Origin: an uncultured Collinsella sp.
Lineage (GTDB): Bacteria; Actinomycetota; Coriobacteriia; Coriobacteriales; Coriobacteriaceae
Length of the DNA: 64,000 nt
Direction of reading: 5' to 3'
Assembly (NCBI GenBank): GCA_958403205.1
Contig: CATXWM010000007.1
Coordinates: 3,613 to 67,612 of the forward strand
The position numbers and the translations under genes were made by a program. This document shows positions 13,225-24,241 of this stretch, one piece after another; position 1 is the stretch's first letter, and the number at the start of each line of letters is the position of its first letter. Below the pieces are notes generated by a model that was not told the origin of the DNA, made no database searches, and saw only the letters and a program-made list of their open reading frames with translations.

Positions 13225-14529
13225 TTAGGCATCCCAGGCGTCGCGGCCGCGCAGCGCGCGCAGGCCGATGTCGTGACGCAGGGTCTTGCCCTCAAAATCA
13301 ATCTTCTCGCAGGCCTCGTAGGCAAGGTTGCGAGCGTTCTCGAACGTGTCGCCCAGAGCGGTCACGGCAAGCACGCGGCCACCATTGGTCACGAGCTGAC
13401 CGTCCACCACGGCAGTGCCCGCGTGGTACACGGTCACGTTCTCCATGGCCTCGGCATCGGCGATACCAGTGATGACCTTGCCCTTCTCGTAGCTGCCGGG
13501 ATAGCCCGCGCTCGTCAGGACAACGGCCACGGCCCACTCGTCACGCCAGTCGAGTTCAATCTGATCGAGCTCGCAGTTGGCACAAGCCAGCATGACCTCG
13601 ACCAGGTCGTTCTTAAGGCGCGGAAGCACGACCTGCGTCTCGGGGTCGCCAAAGCGGGCGTTGAACTCCAGCACCTTGGGGCCGGCGGGGGTGAGCATAA
13701 AGCCGCCGTACAGGCAGCCGCGGTAGTCGATACCCTCGGCAGCGAGCTCGGCCACGGTCTGCTCCATGACTTTCACCATGGTGGCGTGCTCCTCGTCGGT
13801 CACGATGGGTACCGGGCTGTAAACGCCCATGCCACCGGTGTTGGGACCCTTGTCGCCCTCGAGCGCACGCTTGTGGTCCTGCGAAGTGGCCATGGGGCGC
13901 ACGGTCTTGCCGTCGGTAAAGGCCAGCAGCGAGCACTCGGGGCCGGTCAGCATCTCCTCGATGACCACGGTATTGCCGGCATCGCCAAAGGTGCCGCCAA
14001 AACACTCGCGCACGGCCTCTTCGGCCTGCTCGAGCTCAGTCGCCACGATAACGCCCTTGCCCGCGGCAAGGCCGTCGGCCTTCACGACCAGCGGGGCGCC
14101 CTGCTCGCGCACGTAGGCGAGAGCCGAAGCCTCGTCGGTAAACGAACCATAGGCCGCCGTCGGAATGCCCGCACGCTCCATGAGCTGCTTGGAGAACAGC
14201 TTGGAGCCCTCCATCTGGGCGCCCTCGGCACCCGGGCCAAAGCAGGGAATACCCGCCGCGCGCACGGCGTCGGCCACGCCCGCCACGAGCGGAGCCTCGG
14301 GGCCAATTACCACGAGTCCGCATCCGTGGCTCTGCGCAAACGCCGCCACGGCCGCAGGATCGCAGTCGTCGAGAACAACGTTCTCGCCGCAGCTCGCGGT
14401 GCCGCCGTTACCCGGCGCGATGTAGAGCTTGCCGGCGCGCGGTGATGCTGCGAGCTTAGCTGCCAAAGCATGCTCACGGCCGCCGCTGCCCAACAACAGG
14501 ATGTCGATGGTTTGAGTGTCCGCCTTCAA
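13225..14529 (-). CDS. purD: Phosphoribosylamine-glycine ligase
   Basis: [39 protein letters not shown]. Probable TTG start at 14529 after AGGAGG. Confidence 0.97.
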   Translation of the reverse strand: MKADTQTIDILLLGSGGREHALAAKLAASPRAGKLYIAPGNGGTASCGENVVLDDCDPAAVAAFAQSHGCGLVVIGPEAPLVAGVADAVRAAGIPCFGPGAEGAQMEGSKLFSKQLMERAGIPTAAYGSFTDEASALAYVREQGAPLVVKADGLAAGKGVIVATELEQAEEAVRECFGGTFGDAGNTVVIEEMLTGPECSLLAFTDGKTVRPMATSQDHKRALEGDKGPNTGGMGVYSPVPIVTDEEHATMVKVMEQTVAELAAEGIDYRGCLYGGFMLTPAGPKVLEFNARFGDPETQVVLPRLKNDLVEVMLACANCELDQIELDWRDEWAVAVVLTSAGYPGSYEKGKVITGIADAEAMENVTVYHAGTAVVDGQLVTNGGRVLAVTALGDTFENARNLAYEACEKIDFEGKTLRHDIGLRALRGRDAWDA

Positions 14530-14647
14530 GGGTGCCTCCTCTATGGATGAACGGCCCGCTCCGCGCGAGCCCTTTGCAAGCAAATATACCCCTCGGCCGC
14601 CCGTCCGGGCTGCAAAGGGGTATATCGCAATAACCAAATAGTCCCGA

Positions 14648-15943
<1,296 letters not shown>

Positions 15944-16027
15944 TTACATTCATGGACTGTCTACGCGCCACGTCGGCACGCAGAAGCACAAAACATTCCC
16001 AGTATACCCGTGCAACGGGCGCCTGTC

Positions 16028-17419
16028 CTACTCCTCGGCATGTGCCCCATCAAGCTCATAGAACTTGGTGGATGCCGGCAGGAACATCAGGTCGACGTCG
16101 CCGATCGGGCCCGAACGGTTCTTGGCCACGACGATACGCGTAACGCCCTCGTCGGGTCGATCGTCGCGCGAGGCTTCGGCCTCGTCGGCGGAGCGGTCCA
16201 AGAACATAACGATATCGGCGTCCTGCTCGATGGAGCCCGATTCACGAAGGTCGGAAAGCTGCGGGCGCTTGCCGGTACGAGATTCGACCTGACGCGAGAG
16301 CTGCGACAGCGCGATGAGCGGGATCTTGAGCTCCTTGGCCATGATCTTCAGACCACGCGACATCTCCGAAACCTCGACGGTACGGCTCTCGGAACGACGG
16401 CCCGGCGGAGGACTCACCAGCTGCAGGTAGTCCAGGATGATGATGGCCTTCTCCTTGTTATGGAGCATACGGCGGCTCTTGGCGCGAATCTCGGTCACTG
16501 TGGTGCCGGGCGTATCGTCAATCAGAATATCGAGCTTGGACAAGGTCTGCGTGGCCTCGTTGATATTGGCCCACTGTTCGGGGCTAATACGGCCCATGCG
16601 GAAGTCACTGATCGAGATCATGGCGTAGGCGCAAATCAGACGCTGGGCAATTTCCTTGCCCGACATCTCCAGCGAGAAGAAGCCGACGGTATAACCAGCA
16701 GCGGCGGCGTTGAGCGCCAGGTTCAGAGCGAACGACGTCTTACCTACAGCAGGACGGGCGCCGATGATGATGAGCTGACCCTCGCGGAAGCCCATGAGCA
16801 TGCGGTCGAGCGACGGGAAGCCCGTGGGCACGCCCGCAGCCTGGCCACCGGCCTGGCACACTTCCTCGGCCTCATTATAGGCCTCGACCATAAACTCGGT
16901 CAGCGTCTTGTAGCTCGACTTGACCTCGCGCGCCGTAACCTTGAGCAGCTTGCTCTCGGCTAGCTCCACGACCTCTTTGGTGTCGGTGGGGGCGTTATAT
17001 GCCAGCGCGTTGATCTCGTTGGTGGCGCCGATCAGCTCGCGCAGCATCGAGTCGCGGCGAACGATGGCGGCATGGTGCTGCCAGTTGACGAGCGACAAGG
17101 TCTGACCCATCAATTCCAAAATGTACGCTTCGCCGCCCACAGCATCAAGTTTGTTGATGCTTCGCAGGTAATCGATCAGTGAGATGGAGTCGATGGGAAT
17201 GCGGCTGTTGTACATATCGACCATCGCGGTATAGATGGTCTTATGAATGGGCCGGTAGAAGTCATCGGGCTGCAGCTCGACCTGGGCCTCTTCGACCACC
17301 TCGGGCGATAGCAGCATAGCGGCCAGTACATTGGCCTCTGCATCTTGGTTTTGGGGAAGACCCAACTTTGAGCCGCGGTCCTCAACCGTCAGCCCGGTCT
17401 CCCTATCGTCATATGCCAT
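16028..17419 (-). CDS. dnaB: Replicative DNA helicase
   Basis: GARPAVGKT, FSLEMS, DYLQL, SDLRESGSIEQDAD, KNRSGP. Start 17419 (GAGG RBS) or 17431. Confidence 0.97.
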   Translation of the reverse strand: MAYDDRETGLTVEDRGSKLGLPQNQDAEANVLAAMLLSPEVVEEAQVELQPDDFYRPIHKTIYTAMVDMYNSRIPIDSISLIDYLRSINKLDAVGGEAYILELMGQTLSLVNWQHHAAIVRRDSMLRELIGATNEINALAYNAPTDTKEVVELAESKLLKVTAREVKSSYKTLTEFMVEAYNEAEEVCQAGGQAAGVPTGFPSLDRMLMGFREGQLIIIGARPAVGKTSFALNLALNAAAAGYTVGFFSLEMSGKEIAQRLICAYAMISISDFRMGRISPEQWANINEATQTLSKLDILIDDTPGTTVTEIRAKSRRMLHNKEKAIIILDYLQLVSPPPGRRSESRTVEVSEMSRGLKIMAKELKIPLIALSQLSRQVESRTGKRPQLSDLRESGSIEQDADIVMFLDRSADEAEASRDDRPDEGVTRIVVAKNRSGPIGDVDLMFLPASTKFYELDGAHAEE

Positions 17420-17572
17420 GAGCATCCTCATTCATATCGCTTGCGAGCATCCATAGTATCAGCCACGGTCCCAAAACGCGCCGCACGCGGCCAATCATCA
17501 CCGAACCAAACGGATAAACGGTCCTGTACACAGGACTTCGACGCGACGTTCACTATGACACTCACTCAGCGC

Positions 17573-17612
17573 AAAAAACAAAAGGGCGCCCTGGTTTCCC
17601 AGAGCGCCCTTC
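17573..17612 (-). terminator. Intrinsic terminator after rplI
   Basis: AAGGGCGC..GCGCCCTT stem with a T-rich tail on the minus strand. Confidence 0.7.
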
Positions 17613-17643
17613 TTAGAACAAGATTGTTGCGTTGCAGCAAATG

Positions 17644-18183
17644 CTACTCGGCAGCAGCCTCAGTCTCGACCTCGGCGGTCTCGGCCTCGGCGACCTCAGC
17701 GGCCTCCTCGACCTCAGCCTCGGCAGCGAGCTCCTCGGCGGTAACGCCGACGAGAACGACAACCTCGGCCTTGATCTCGCGGTACAGCGAGATGGCAACG
17801 GTGTGGGCACCGGCAACCTTGATGGGCTTACCGAGCTCGACGCGCTTGCGGTCGATGTCCATACCGAGCTGAGCCTTGATGGCGTCAGCGATCATAGCGG
17901 CGGTAACGGAGCCAAAGAGGATGCCCTCGTCGCCGACCTTGACGTCAACGGTGACCGTCTTGCCCTCGAAGGCAGCCTTGGTCTCGTTGGCGGTAGCCAG
18001 ACGGACGGCCTCACGCTTGGCGATGTTGTTGCGACGCTCGTCAAGCTGCTTGAGGTTGCCCTTGGTGGCGGCAACAGCGAGCTTCTTGGGGAACAGGAAG
18101 TTCTCAGCGTAACCCTGAGCGACCTCTACGACGTCACCCTCGCCGCCCTTGCCCTTGATCTCATCGAGAAGAATAACCTTCAT
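17644..18183 (-). CDS. rplI: 50S ribosomal protein L9
   Basis: MKVILLDEIKGKGGEGDVVEVAQGYAENFL, LFGSVT; acidic C-terminal tail. Confidence 0.97.
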   Translation of the reverse strand: MKVILLDEIKGKGGEGDVVEVAQGYAENFLFPKKLAVAATKGNLKQLDERRNNIAKREAVRLATANETKAAFEGKTVTVDVKVGDEGILFGSVTAAMIADAIKAQLGMDIDRKRVELGKPIKVAGAHTVAISLYREIKAEVVVLVGVTAEELAAEAEVEEAAEVAEAETAEVETEAAAE

Positions 18184-18198
18184 GATGCGTCTCCCTTC

Positions 18199-18465
18199 TT
18201 AGCCGCGGTCGCGGTTGCCACGAGAGGAAACCACGGGGACGGTGTACGGCAGGAGAGCCATCTCGCGGGCGCGCTTGATGGCGTTGGCGATGTCATGCTG
18301 ATGCTGCGTGCAAGCGCCAGTGACGCGACGGGGCTTGATCTTGCCACGGTCGGTCATGTACTTACGGAGAAGCTGAGTGTCCTTATAGTCGATGAACTCA
18401 GTGTTCTCCTTGCAGAACTGGCAGTACTTACGACGCGGCTGACGTGCAGAAAAATCATTAGCCAT
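18199..18465 (-). CDS. rpsR: 30S ribosomal protein S18 (Zn-binding C+ type)
   Basis: [40 protein letters not shown]. Confidence 0.97.
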   Translation of the reverse strand: MANDFSARQPRRKYCQFCKENTEFIDYKDTQLLRKYMTDRGKIKPRRVTGACTQHQHDIANAIKRAREMALLPYTVPVVSSRGNRDRG

Positions 18466-18537
18466 GTCAAAATACCTTTCGTTTGGCAACTTCGGCGAAC
18501 CGAAGCCGCCTCTCACTCAAAAATAGGTGAACAACCC

Positions 18538-18990
18538 TTAGAACGGGATGTCCTCATCGTAGACGTCGACCGCGGGCGGCGTAGCCACCGGTGCGGCAGG
18601 ACGTGCTGCGGGCGCGGGAGCTGCGGGGGCGTAACCGCCCTGATCGTAGCCACCCTGGCCACCACGGGAGCTCATAAACTCGATCTCATCGACGATGACC
18701 TCAAGCTTGCTCCGGCGCTGGCCGTCGCGCTCCCAAGAGCTGTAGCGCAGCTTGCCCTCGATCGCGACCTTGTTTCCCTTTGCCAGGAAACGGCTCACGG
18801 CCTCGGCGCGGGTGCCGAACATGGTGCAGTCGACAAAGTTGGGATAGTCCTCCCACTCGCCAGTCTGCGCGTTGCGGCGACGATCGTTCACGGCGACGCC
18901 AAAGGACAGAACCTGGGTTCCGCCGGCGGTGGCGCGCAGCTCGGGATCGCGGGTGAGGTTACCGGTGATGTTCACTCGATTGATGCTCAT
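18538..18990 (-). CDS. ssb: Single-stranded DNA-binding protein
   Basis: INRVNITGNLTRDPELR; C-terminal DEDIPF. Confidence 0.97.
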   Translation of the reverse strand: MSINRVNITGNLTRDPELRATAGGTQVLSFGVAVNDRRRNAQTGEWEDYPNFVDCTMFGTRAEAVSRFLAKGNKVAIEGKLRYSSWERDGQRRSKLEVIVDEIEFMSSRGGQGGYDQGGYAPAAPAPAARPAAPVATPPAVDVYDEDIPF

Positions 18991-19038
18991 AACTCACTAC
19001 TTCCTCTTGGGGCACAAGCCCAGTCCAAAACGACAGTC

Positions 19039-19332
19039 TTACTCCTGGTCGTCGCGACGGACGATCATGTGGCGGACCACAGCGTCGGTGATGCGCAGGA
19101 CGCGATCAAGCTCGGCGATCTGGGTAGGATCTGCGTGGAAGTTGATGAGGGTGTAGTCACCATCGGTGAGGTCGTTGATCTCGTAGGCGAGCTTGCGCTT
19201 GCCCCACTCGTCAACGGAGTCGACCTTGCCAGCGCCCTCAGCGATCGTGGTATCGATACGCTTCATAACAGCGAGACGAGTCTCGGGGTCGAGCGACGGG
19301 TCAACAAAGAACAGCAGTTCATAAGCCTTCAT
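19039..19332 (-). CDS. rpsF: 30S ribosomal protein S6
   Basis: MKAYELLFFVDP, WGKRKLAYEI, VVRHMIVR; RBS GGAGG. Confidence 0.97.
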   Translation of the reverse strand: MKAYELLFFVDPSLDPETRLAVMKRIDTTIAEGAGKVDSVDEWGKRKLAYEINDLTDGDYTLINFHADPTQIAELDRVLRITDAVVRHMIVRRDDQE

Positions 19333-19337
19333 ATTGT

Positions 19338-19395
19338 CACCTCCTCTGGGCAAATGTGGCTTCAGGTCGTGAAGGTGCGCCTGAAGCAGGAAAAG
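19338..19395 (-). promoter_or_regulatory. S6:S18-binding rpsF leader (autoregulatory RNA)
   Basis: Minus strand UCCU-GCUUCAGG..CCUGAAGC-CACAUUUGCCC-AGAGGAGG: a stem, an internal loop with CCC, and a lower stem pairing with the SD. This is the known rpsF-leader layout. Confidence 0.65.
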
Positions 19396-19793
19396 ACTTG
19401 GTAATAATATCTTTCAACCTCCCAGGCCGCAAGAATATGCAGCTACAACCTCATGACCTCCACATATGCCCATGCTCGCACCACGTTTCATGCGCATTCC
19501 AACCAAATGCCGACCAAGAGCTTGACGGATTTGTGGACAAGATACGATGCCGCGGGGACAAGCTGAGCCAAGCCGCAGGTCAACGGGCACAAGGCTGTGG
19601 TCGCAAAATGCATACCAGCGGTCCACAGCACCACCCAAAGATTTTTAAATTCATTGCCAAGTCGCTTATGAATACCCCTTTTGAACAATTGAGTTGATCA
19701 ACCACGCTGGTCGGAAGCCGTTTTTTTGGCACCTCAAACCCCACTGCAACGCCAAGCGCGGCCGAGCGTTTTAAAAAATGCCAACTTTTCTGT

Positions 19794-19821
19794 TTGCACT
19801 TTGCGATTCCTCGTGTATACT
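19794..19821 (+). promoter_or_regulatory. Housekeeping sigma promoter of the tRNA-Ser pair
   Basis: TTGCAC-N16-TATACT (extended -10 TGTG) just upstream of the tRNA. Confidence 0.6.
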
Positions 19822-19837
19822 GACTTTCGCATTTAAC

Positions 19838-19928
19838 GGAGAGTTGTCCGAGTGGCCGAAGGAGCACGATTGGAAATCGTGTAGGCGTCAAAAGCGTCTC
19901 CAGGGTTCAAATCCCTGACTCTCCGCCA
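19838..19928 (+). tRNA. tRNA-Ser(GGA)
   Basis: Cloverleaf with long variable arm, anticodon arm CACGA-TTGGAAA-TCGTG, TTCAAAT T-loop, encoded CCA. Confidence 0.96.
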
Positions 19929-19976
19929 GTTAATTCCAAAGCAGGCCTTCGAGCCTGCTTTGTTTTTACCCCACGC

Positions 19977-20067
19977 GGAGGGGTGGCAGAGTGGTTGAAT
20001 GCGGCGGTCTCGAAAACCGTTTGGCCTGTATAAGGTCACGAGGGTTCGAATCCCTCCTCCTCCGCCA
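19977..20067 (+). tRNA. tRNA-Ser(CGA)
   Basis: Anticodon arm GCGGT-CTCGAAA-ACCGT, long variable arm, GGTTCGAATCC, encoded CCA. Confidence 0.96.
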
Positions 20068-20079
20068 TTAGATGGTATG

Positions 20080-20108
20080 AGCCCCAGCAATGGGGCTTTT
20101 TTCTTTTT
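20080..20108 (+). terminator. Intrinsic terminator after tRNA-Ser(CGA)
   Basis: AGCCCC-AGCAAT-GGGGCT followed by a T-run. Confidence 0.8.
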
Positions 20109-20125
20109 GGGCACATTTCAATTAC

Positions 20126-20273
20126 GCGCAGGAGGAGGGATTCGAACCCGCCAGGGCGCGGAGCGTAAAGAAGACGCGCCAGTGGCGCGTCTTTAGCGCA
20201 GCGCGGTCGGCGTAAGCCGATCGGATAAATTTTGAGCGCTGCTCAAAATTTAGACATCCCTCCTATTCAGCCA
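20126..20273. repeat. tRNA-Ser-tailored multi-hairpin element
   Basis: Antisense copy of the tRNA-Ser 3' end (20126-20149, 23/24), three hairpins, then a degenerate sense copy (20256-20273, 15/18). Confidence 0.8.
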
Positions 20274-20429
20274 CGCCCCCATCGCGTTCAGCATCAACCC
20301 AGATCCCCAAACATGGTACCTACGCCCCCACCCAGTCCCGACCGTTTACCGAGCAATAGGGTCGCCACGCCCGCCAACCATGTACTATGTACGGGCATTG
20401 TCTAAACCTGCAATCAGAAGGACCCCATC

Positions 20430-21119
20430 TTGCCCGTTGCCGCCGCTATGATCGTTACCGCACACGCCTCGGATGCCATGGTCGCCATCCCGTTTTGGCT
20501 CGAGATGTTCGCCGTCGTCGCGGCATCGATCTCGGGCGTGTTAGTCGCACGCGAGCACAAACTCGACCTGGTAGGCGCCGTCGCGCTCGCCGTGGTCTGT
20601 GGACTGGGCGGCGGTCTTTTGCGCGATATGACGCTCCAGGTCGGCAACGTCTACATCCTCAACCAGCCGATGGCGCTCCCGCTTTCCATTGCCACGGCAG
20701 CCATCATCTATATTTTCCCGGCAATCGTCGACAAGCCCGAAAAACTCATTCCCCTGCTCGATATCATCTCGGTCGGCATCTACGCCGCCACCGGAGCGGA
20801 CAAGGCGCTTGTCTACGGCTTTGCGCCGGCGGTGTGCATCATGATGGGCTTTTTCACCGCGGTGGGCGGCGGCATGTTGCGAGATGGTTTTATGGGTGTG
20901 GTGCCGGGTATCTTCCAGCGCACCAACCTCTATGCCATCGCGGCCATCGCCGGATCGGCAAGCTATGTTTGCCTTGTCATGAGCGGCTTGGTCAGCAATG
21001 TCGTCGCACTGGTCGTTTGCGTCGTGGTGACCATGGGACTGCGCTGGCTGTCGCTGCGCTTTGATATCAAAAGCCCCACCGAGGATGACATCGCACGCTT
21101 TTTGCACCGCAAAAAGTAG
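20430..21119 (+). CDS. TRIC/UPF0126 family membrane protein (YadS-like)
   Basis: Two internal repeats with GLGGGLLRD and TAVGGGMLRD; about 7 TM segments. Confidence 0.9.
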   Translation: MPVAAAMIVTAHASDAMVAIPFWLEMFAVVAASISGVLVAREHKLDLVGAVALAVVCGLGGGLLRDMTLQVGNVYILNQPMALPLSIATAAIIYIFPAIVDKPEKLIPLLDIISVGIYAATGADKALVYGFAPAVCIMMGFFTAVGGGMLRDGFMGVVPGIFQRTNLYAIAAIAGSASYVCLVMSGLVSNVVALVVCVVVTMGLRWLSLRFDIKSPTEDDIARFLHRKK

Positions 21120-21225
21120 GTGGCGCGGACTCATCCTTCGAAATGCAACCGAGAGGTTCTTTTAGAGCGCCCACGCGTTGGGTACCCTGTTAGGTGCATG
21201 TCGAGCATCTGACGAAGGATTCACT

Positions 21226-22371
21226 ATGCCCTGTAATCAATTCCCGTCGACCCAGCGCCGCAAAGCGTGGGGCCGCATCACGATCTTATTCGCGTTCATC
21301 GCTCTAGCGGTCACCGCACTTCCCACGGCGTCGTTCGCCGGCACGGACACCGCAGGCAACGTACTTGCGACCGACAATGACGCCAATTCGTCCGGCGTCG
21401 AAGGTGACCTGTACTGGGCAGGTCAGGCCCTCAACTTGGACGATGCGTCCATCGGCCGCGACATAATTGCAGCAGGCGAGAGCCTCTCCATCCGCGACTG
21501 CACGGTGGGCGGCGCCGTCCGCTTGGCGGCGCGCACCATCGACATTGCCAAGACTACGGTTGATGGCAGCGTCACGGTCGTCGGTCAGCACGTCGTACTC
21601 AATTCCGACAGCACCGCCAACTGTTTCTACGCGATAGGCGAGACGGTTGCCCTGCGCGGCTCCACCAAGTCGGCAGCGCTTGCGGGCGACACGGTGACCA
21701 TCGATGGCACCGTCGAGGGCGATGTCGAGGTTTGGGCCGACAAGCTCATCCTGGGCAAAAACGCCCACATCACCGGCACCGTGAACGCGCACGTCTCCGA
21801 GGACCCCGAGCGCGCCGCGGGAGCCGAGGTCGGCGCGCTCAAGATCGACCGCACCGAGAACGAGGATACTTCCACCGTTAACGATGTCATCGGCGGTATC
21901 GTCGCCGCGGCACTCTCGACCTGCTTTGTCGCTCTGCTGCTCGAGCTCGTCTTCCCGCGTGCGACTGCCAGCGCCGCCGGCATGCTCCACCAGCACCCCA
22001 CGCCCCTGTGGGTGAGCGGTCTTCTGGGTACGATTGCTATCGTCCCCGCCGTCCTACTGCTGATTATCTCTATCGCCGGTCTGTCGCTTGCCGGAGCCCT
22101 CTTGTGCGGCGTTATCGGCATCGCGTTGGTGTCGAGTGCCTTTGCGGGGTGTGCGATCGTCCGCATGGTCGGACACAACCAGAACCGCTACGCCATGGCA
22201 GCCGTGGGTGGCATCGCCGCGGGCACGCTTACGGCAATCCCCCTCGTAGGCGATTTCATCAGCGGTGTGGCCTTTGTCTTTATGCTCGGCTACATCATCC
22301 AAATCATCTGGCGCAACGCCCACCTCAAGCCGCAGCAGCCGGCTAACATGCCAGGACTCCCCACCGCTTAG
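21226..22371 (+). CDS. Signal-peptide protein with bactofilin-like beta-helix repeats and a C-terminal multi-TM domain
   Basis: Repeats such as GDLYWAG, GRDIIAAG, GGAVRLAA, GSVTVVG, GDVEVWA; 4-5 C-terminal TM helices. Start MPCNQ after GAAGGA. Confidence 0.72.
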   Translation: MPCNQFPSTQRRKAWGRITILFAFIALAVTALPTASFAGTDTAGNVLATDNDANSSGVEGDLYWAGQALNLDDASIGRDIIAAGESLSIRDCTVGGAVRLAARTIDIAKTTVDGSVTVVGQHVVLNSDSTANCFYAIGETVALRGSTKSAALAGDTVTIDGTVEGDVEVWADKLILGKNAHITGTVNAHVSEDPERAAGAEVGALKIDRTENEDTSTVNDVIGGIVAAALSTCFVALLLELVFPRATASAAGMLHQHPTPLWVSGLLGTIAIVPAVLLLIISIAGLSLAGALLCGVIGIALVSSAFAGCAIVRMVGHNQNRYAMAAVGGIAAGTLTAIPLVGDFISGVAFVFMLGYIIQIIWRNAHLKPQQPANMPGLPTA

Positions 22372-22382
22372 CCACCAACCAC

Positions 22383-22439
22383 CACAAAGGGGACAAGCAC
22401 CTTTGTGATGATGCAGAGGGGTCGGGTTACTTTGCACCA
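22383..22439. repeat. Two REP-like hairpins with a GGGG(A/T)C core
   Basis: CACAAAGG-GGACAAGCA-CCTTTGTG (22383-22407) and TGATGCAGAGGGGTCGGGTTACTTTGCACCA (22409-22439). Confidence 0.5.
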
Positions 22440-22446
22440 ACAAACG

Positions 22447-22491
22447 AAGCGGGGCACCCGATCGCATCGACCGAGTGCCCCGCTTTTCTTG
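22447..22491 (+). terminator. Intrinsic terminator
   Basis: AAGCGGGGCAC..GTGCCCCGCTTTT. Confidence 0.75.
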
Positions 22492-22597
22492 GAGGGTTCT
22501 CTAGTAACTTTTTCAAAACCAATGATCATCAGGCCGATGGACCTGCGCGTCACTCGCTACGGAGGCAGTACGCCATTGAACAAAAAAGGGGGGACAA

Positions 22598-24241
22598 TTA
22601 TTTTTCACGGCGACCTCCTCCCCACTTGATGACGAGCGCGACAACAATAGCCGCCACTCCGATGGCAGCCAAAACCGCCACCAGCACCAACGTTCTATCT
22701 CCCGTCGAGGGCATAAAGTCTCGACTTGCTTCTTTACTTGGAGTGTTGAGCACCGACAGTTCAATCAAACCCGTCCCGGCATCGGCGGTATCAACCCGCA
22801 GAGAGCTTTCGGCCGACACGGTCACTTTGGGCTTCGCAGCTGCCACCTGCTTAACGTCCAGGCCCTCGGCCGTAACCGTTACCGTTCGTTTGCCCTCAAA
22901 GGCGGTGTATCCCTTGGGTGCCGCGATTTCCTCGACGGTATAGACGCCCGCGTCCACGCCGGTCAATTCCACATGGCCATCCGCGCCCGTGGTGACGCAC
23001 ACGTCGGCATCCGTCGACCACGTGCCATCAGCCGTTAGGATGCGCCCGCGGTCATCGATGATGTGCAGCTTGGCGCCCGCGAGCGGTTTATCGTCCGAGC
23101 TTGAGCGCTTGATCAGACTGAGTCCCCAGGTGTAGGCGCACGCGTCATCGCTCGGCGTGCGGGTGAATCTGGCGTCGCCGGACTGATCGGCGAGGGGAGA
23201 GCGCGGGTAACGCAGGTAGACCTCATTGGGGTTGCCCTTGATAGCGCCTCGATTGCAGTTGGCCCCCAACGGCGCATTGTAGACAGCAACCACGCGGGCG
23301 CCCGCGGCGAAGGCGTCGGCCCCGCCGAGCGCGGAGACCAGGTCGCCGGTGCGCACGGTGAAGGCATTGCCCTCGACCGAGACCTTGCACCGTGAAGTTA
23401 TGTCTGTCCACCCTTTAGCCGGCGTCGAGTTGGCGTTACCGCCCTCACATGCGACGGCGTCAAAGCCGCCGTCCGCGCCCGCCGCCACGTACACGTGCAT
23501 GCTCGCGGCGACTTTGGAGGGGTCGAGCCCCGCGCTCATGGTGTCGACGAACCGCACCGTATAGGTGTCGTAGGCGGTGAGCCCGGCCGGGACCGCGGCC
23601 GAGAGGCGCCAGTACAGGTCGTCGCCCACCGTGGCGTCGGCGGCCTTGCCCCAGGCGGCGGTGCTGTCCTCCAGCACGTGCTTGGCGACCTTGGGGGTCG
23701 CGGCCTTGGGCTTGACGGTGACGGCGCTGCCTCCGACCAAGGCCATGACCGGCGCGGTGCCGGCCTCACCCTGGGCGATGGCGTCGTCGTCGGCGACGAT
23801 GAGCCAGTAGCCGCAGGGCAGCTCGGCCGCCGTGCCCGCGTTAAGGGCCACAGAAGTTGCGTCGGCATTGCAAATCGCACGGGCGAGCTTTGCCGTCAGT
23901 GCGGTCGTCATATACCCGTCGGCATTCAGCCACTCGGCAGCCGCTTGCGCCGTCGATGCCGAGTTATCAAACCCTGCATCGTGAAGCACGGGAAGGGCAG
24001 CTTGGCGAACGGCGTCATTTGCCCACGTTACGTCAGTTGCGATCTTTTGGTCGGCATTGGCGTCGTCGACAACGGTCGCCGAAAAAAGCTGATACGCGTC
24101 ATACCGCGTCGCAACTGTACCGTCCACCGTAATAGCTCCGGTACCGACAGCATGAGCCGTCCCAGGGGCAATCGCAAAAGAGAATACGGCAACGATGACT
24201 ATCACCGCGACGGTCAGCATATGACGGAGTGGCTTACTCAT
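22598..24241 (-). CDS. Sortase-anchored pilin (isopeptide-forming fimbrial subunit)
   Basis: Signal peptide, pilin-like VTVKPK, E-box YTVEEIAAPKGY, sorting signal MPSTG plus TM and basic tail. ATG overlaps the upstream stop (ATGAGTAA). Confidence 0.88.
   Translation of the reverse strand: MSKPLRHMLTVAVIVIVAVFSFAIAPGTAHAVGTGAITVDGTVATRYDAYQLFSATVVDDANADQKIATDVTWANDAVRQAALPVLHDAGFDNSASTAQAAAEWLNADGYMTTALTAKLARAICNADATSVALNAGTAAELPCGYWLIVADDDAIAQGEAGTAPVMALVGGSAVTVKPKAATPKVAKHVLEDSTAAWGKAADATVGDDLYWRLSAAVPAGLTAYDTYTVRFVDTMSAGLDPSKVAASMHVYVAAGADGGFDAVACEGGNANSTPAKGWTDITSRCKVSVEGNAFTVRTGDLVSALGGADAFAAGARVVAVYNAPLGANCNRGAIKGNPNEVYLRYPRSPLADQSGDARFTRTPSDDACAYTWGLSLIKRSSSDDKPLAGAKLHIIDDRGRILTADGTWSTDADVCVTTGADGHVELTGVDAGVYTVEEIAAPKGYTAFEGKRTVTVTAEGLDVKQVAAAKPKVTVSAESSLRVDTADAGTGLIELSVLNTPSKEASRDFMPSTGDRTLVLVAVLAAIGVAAIVVALVIKWGGGRREK

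Noticed and set aside
19532..19540. Canonical DnaA box (TGTGGACAA) upstream of rpsF
   Set aside because: Single isolated match about 20 kb from the origin, and it differs from the motif repeated at oriC; chance is likely.
19356..19830. Short ORFs in the rpsF-tRNA-Ser gap
   Set aside because: Overlapping ORFs on both strands with atypical composition and no clear RBS or motifs; more likely divergent promoter DNA.
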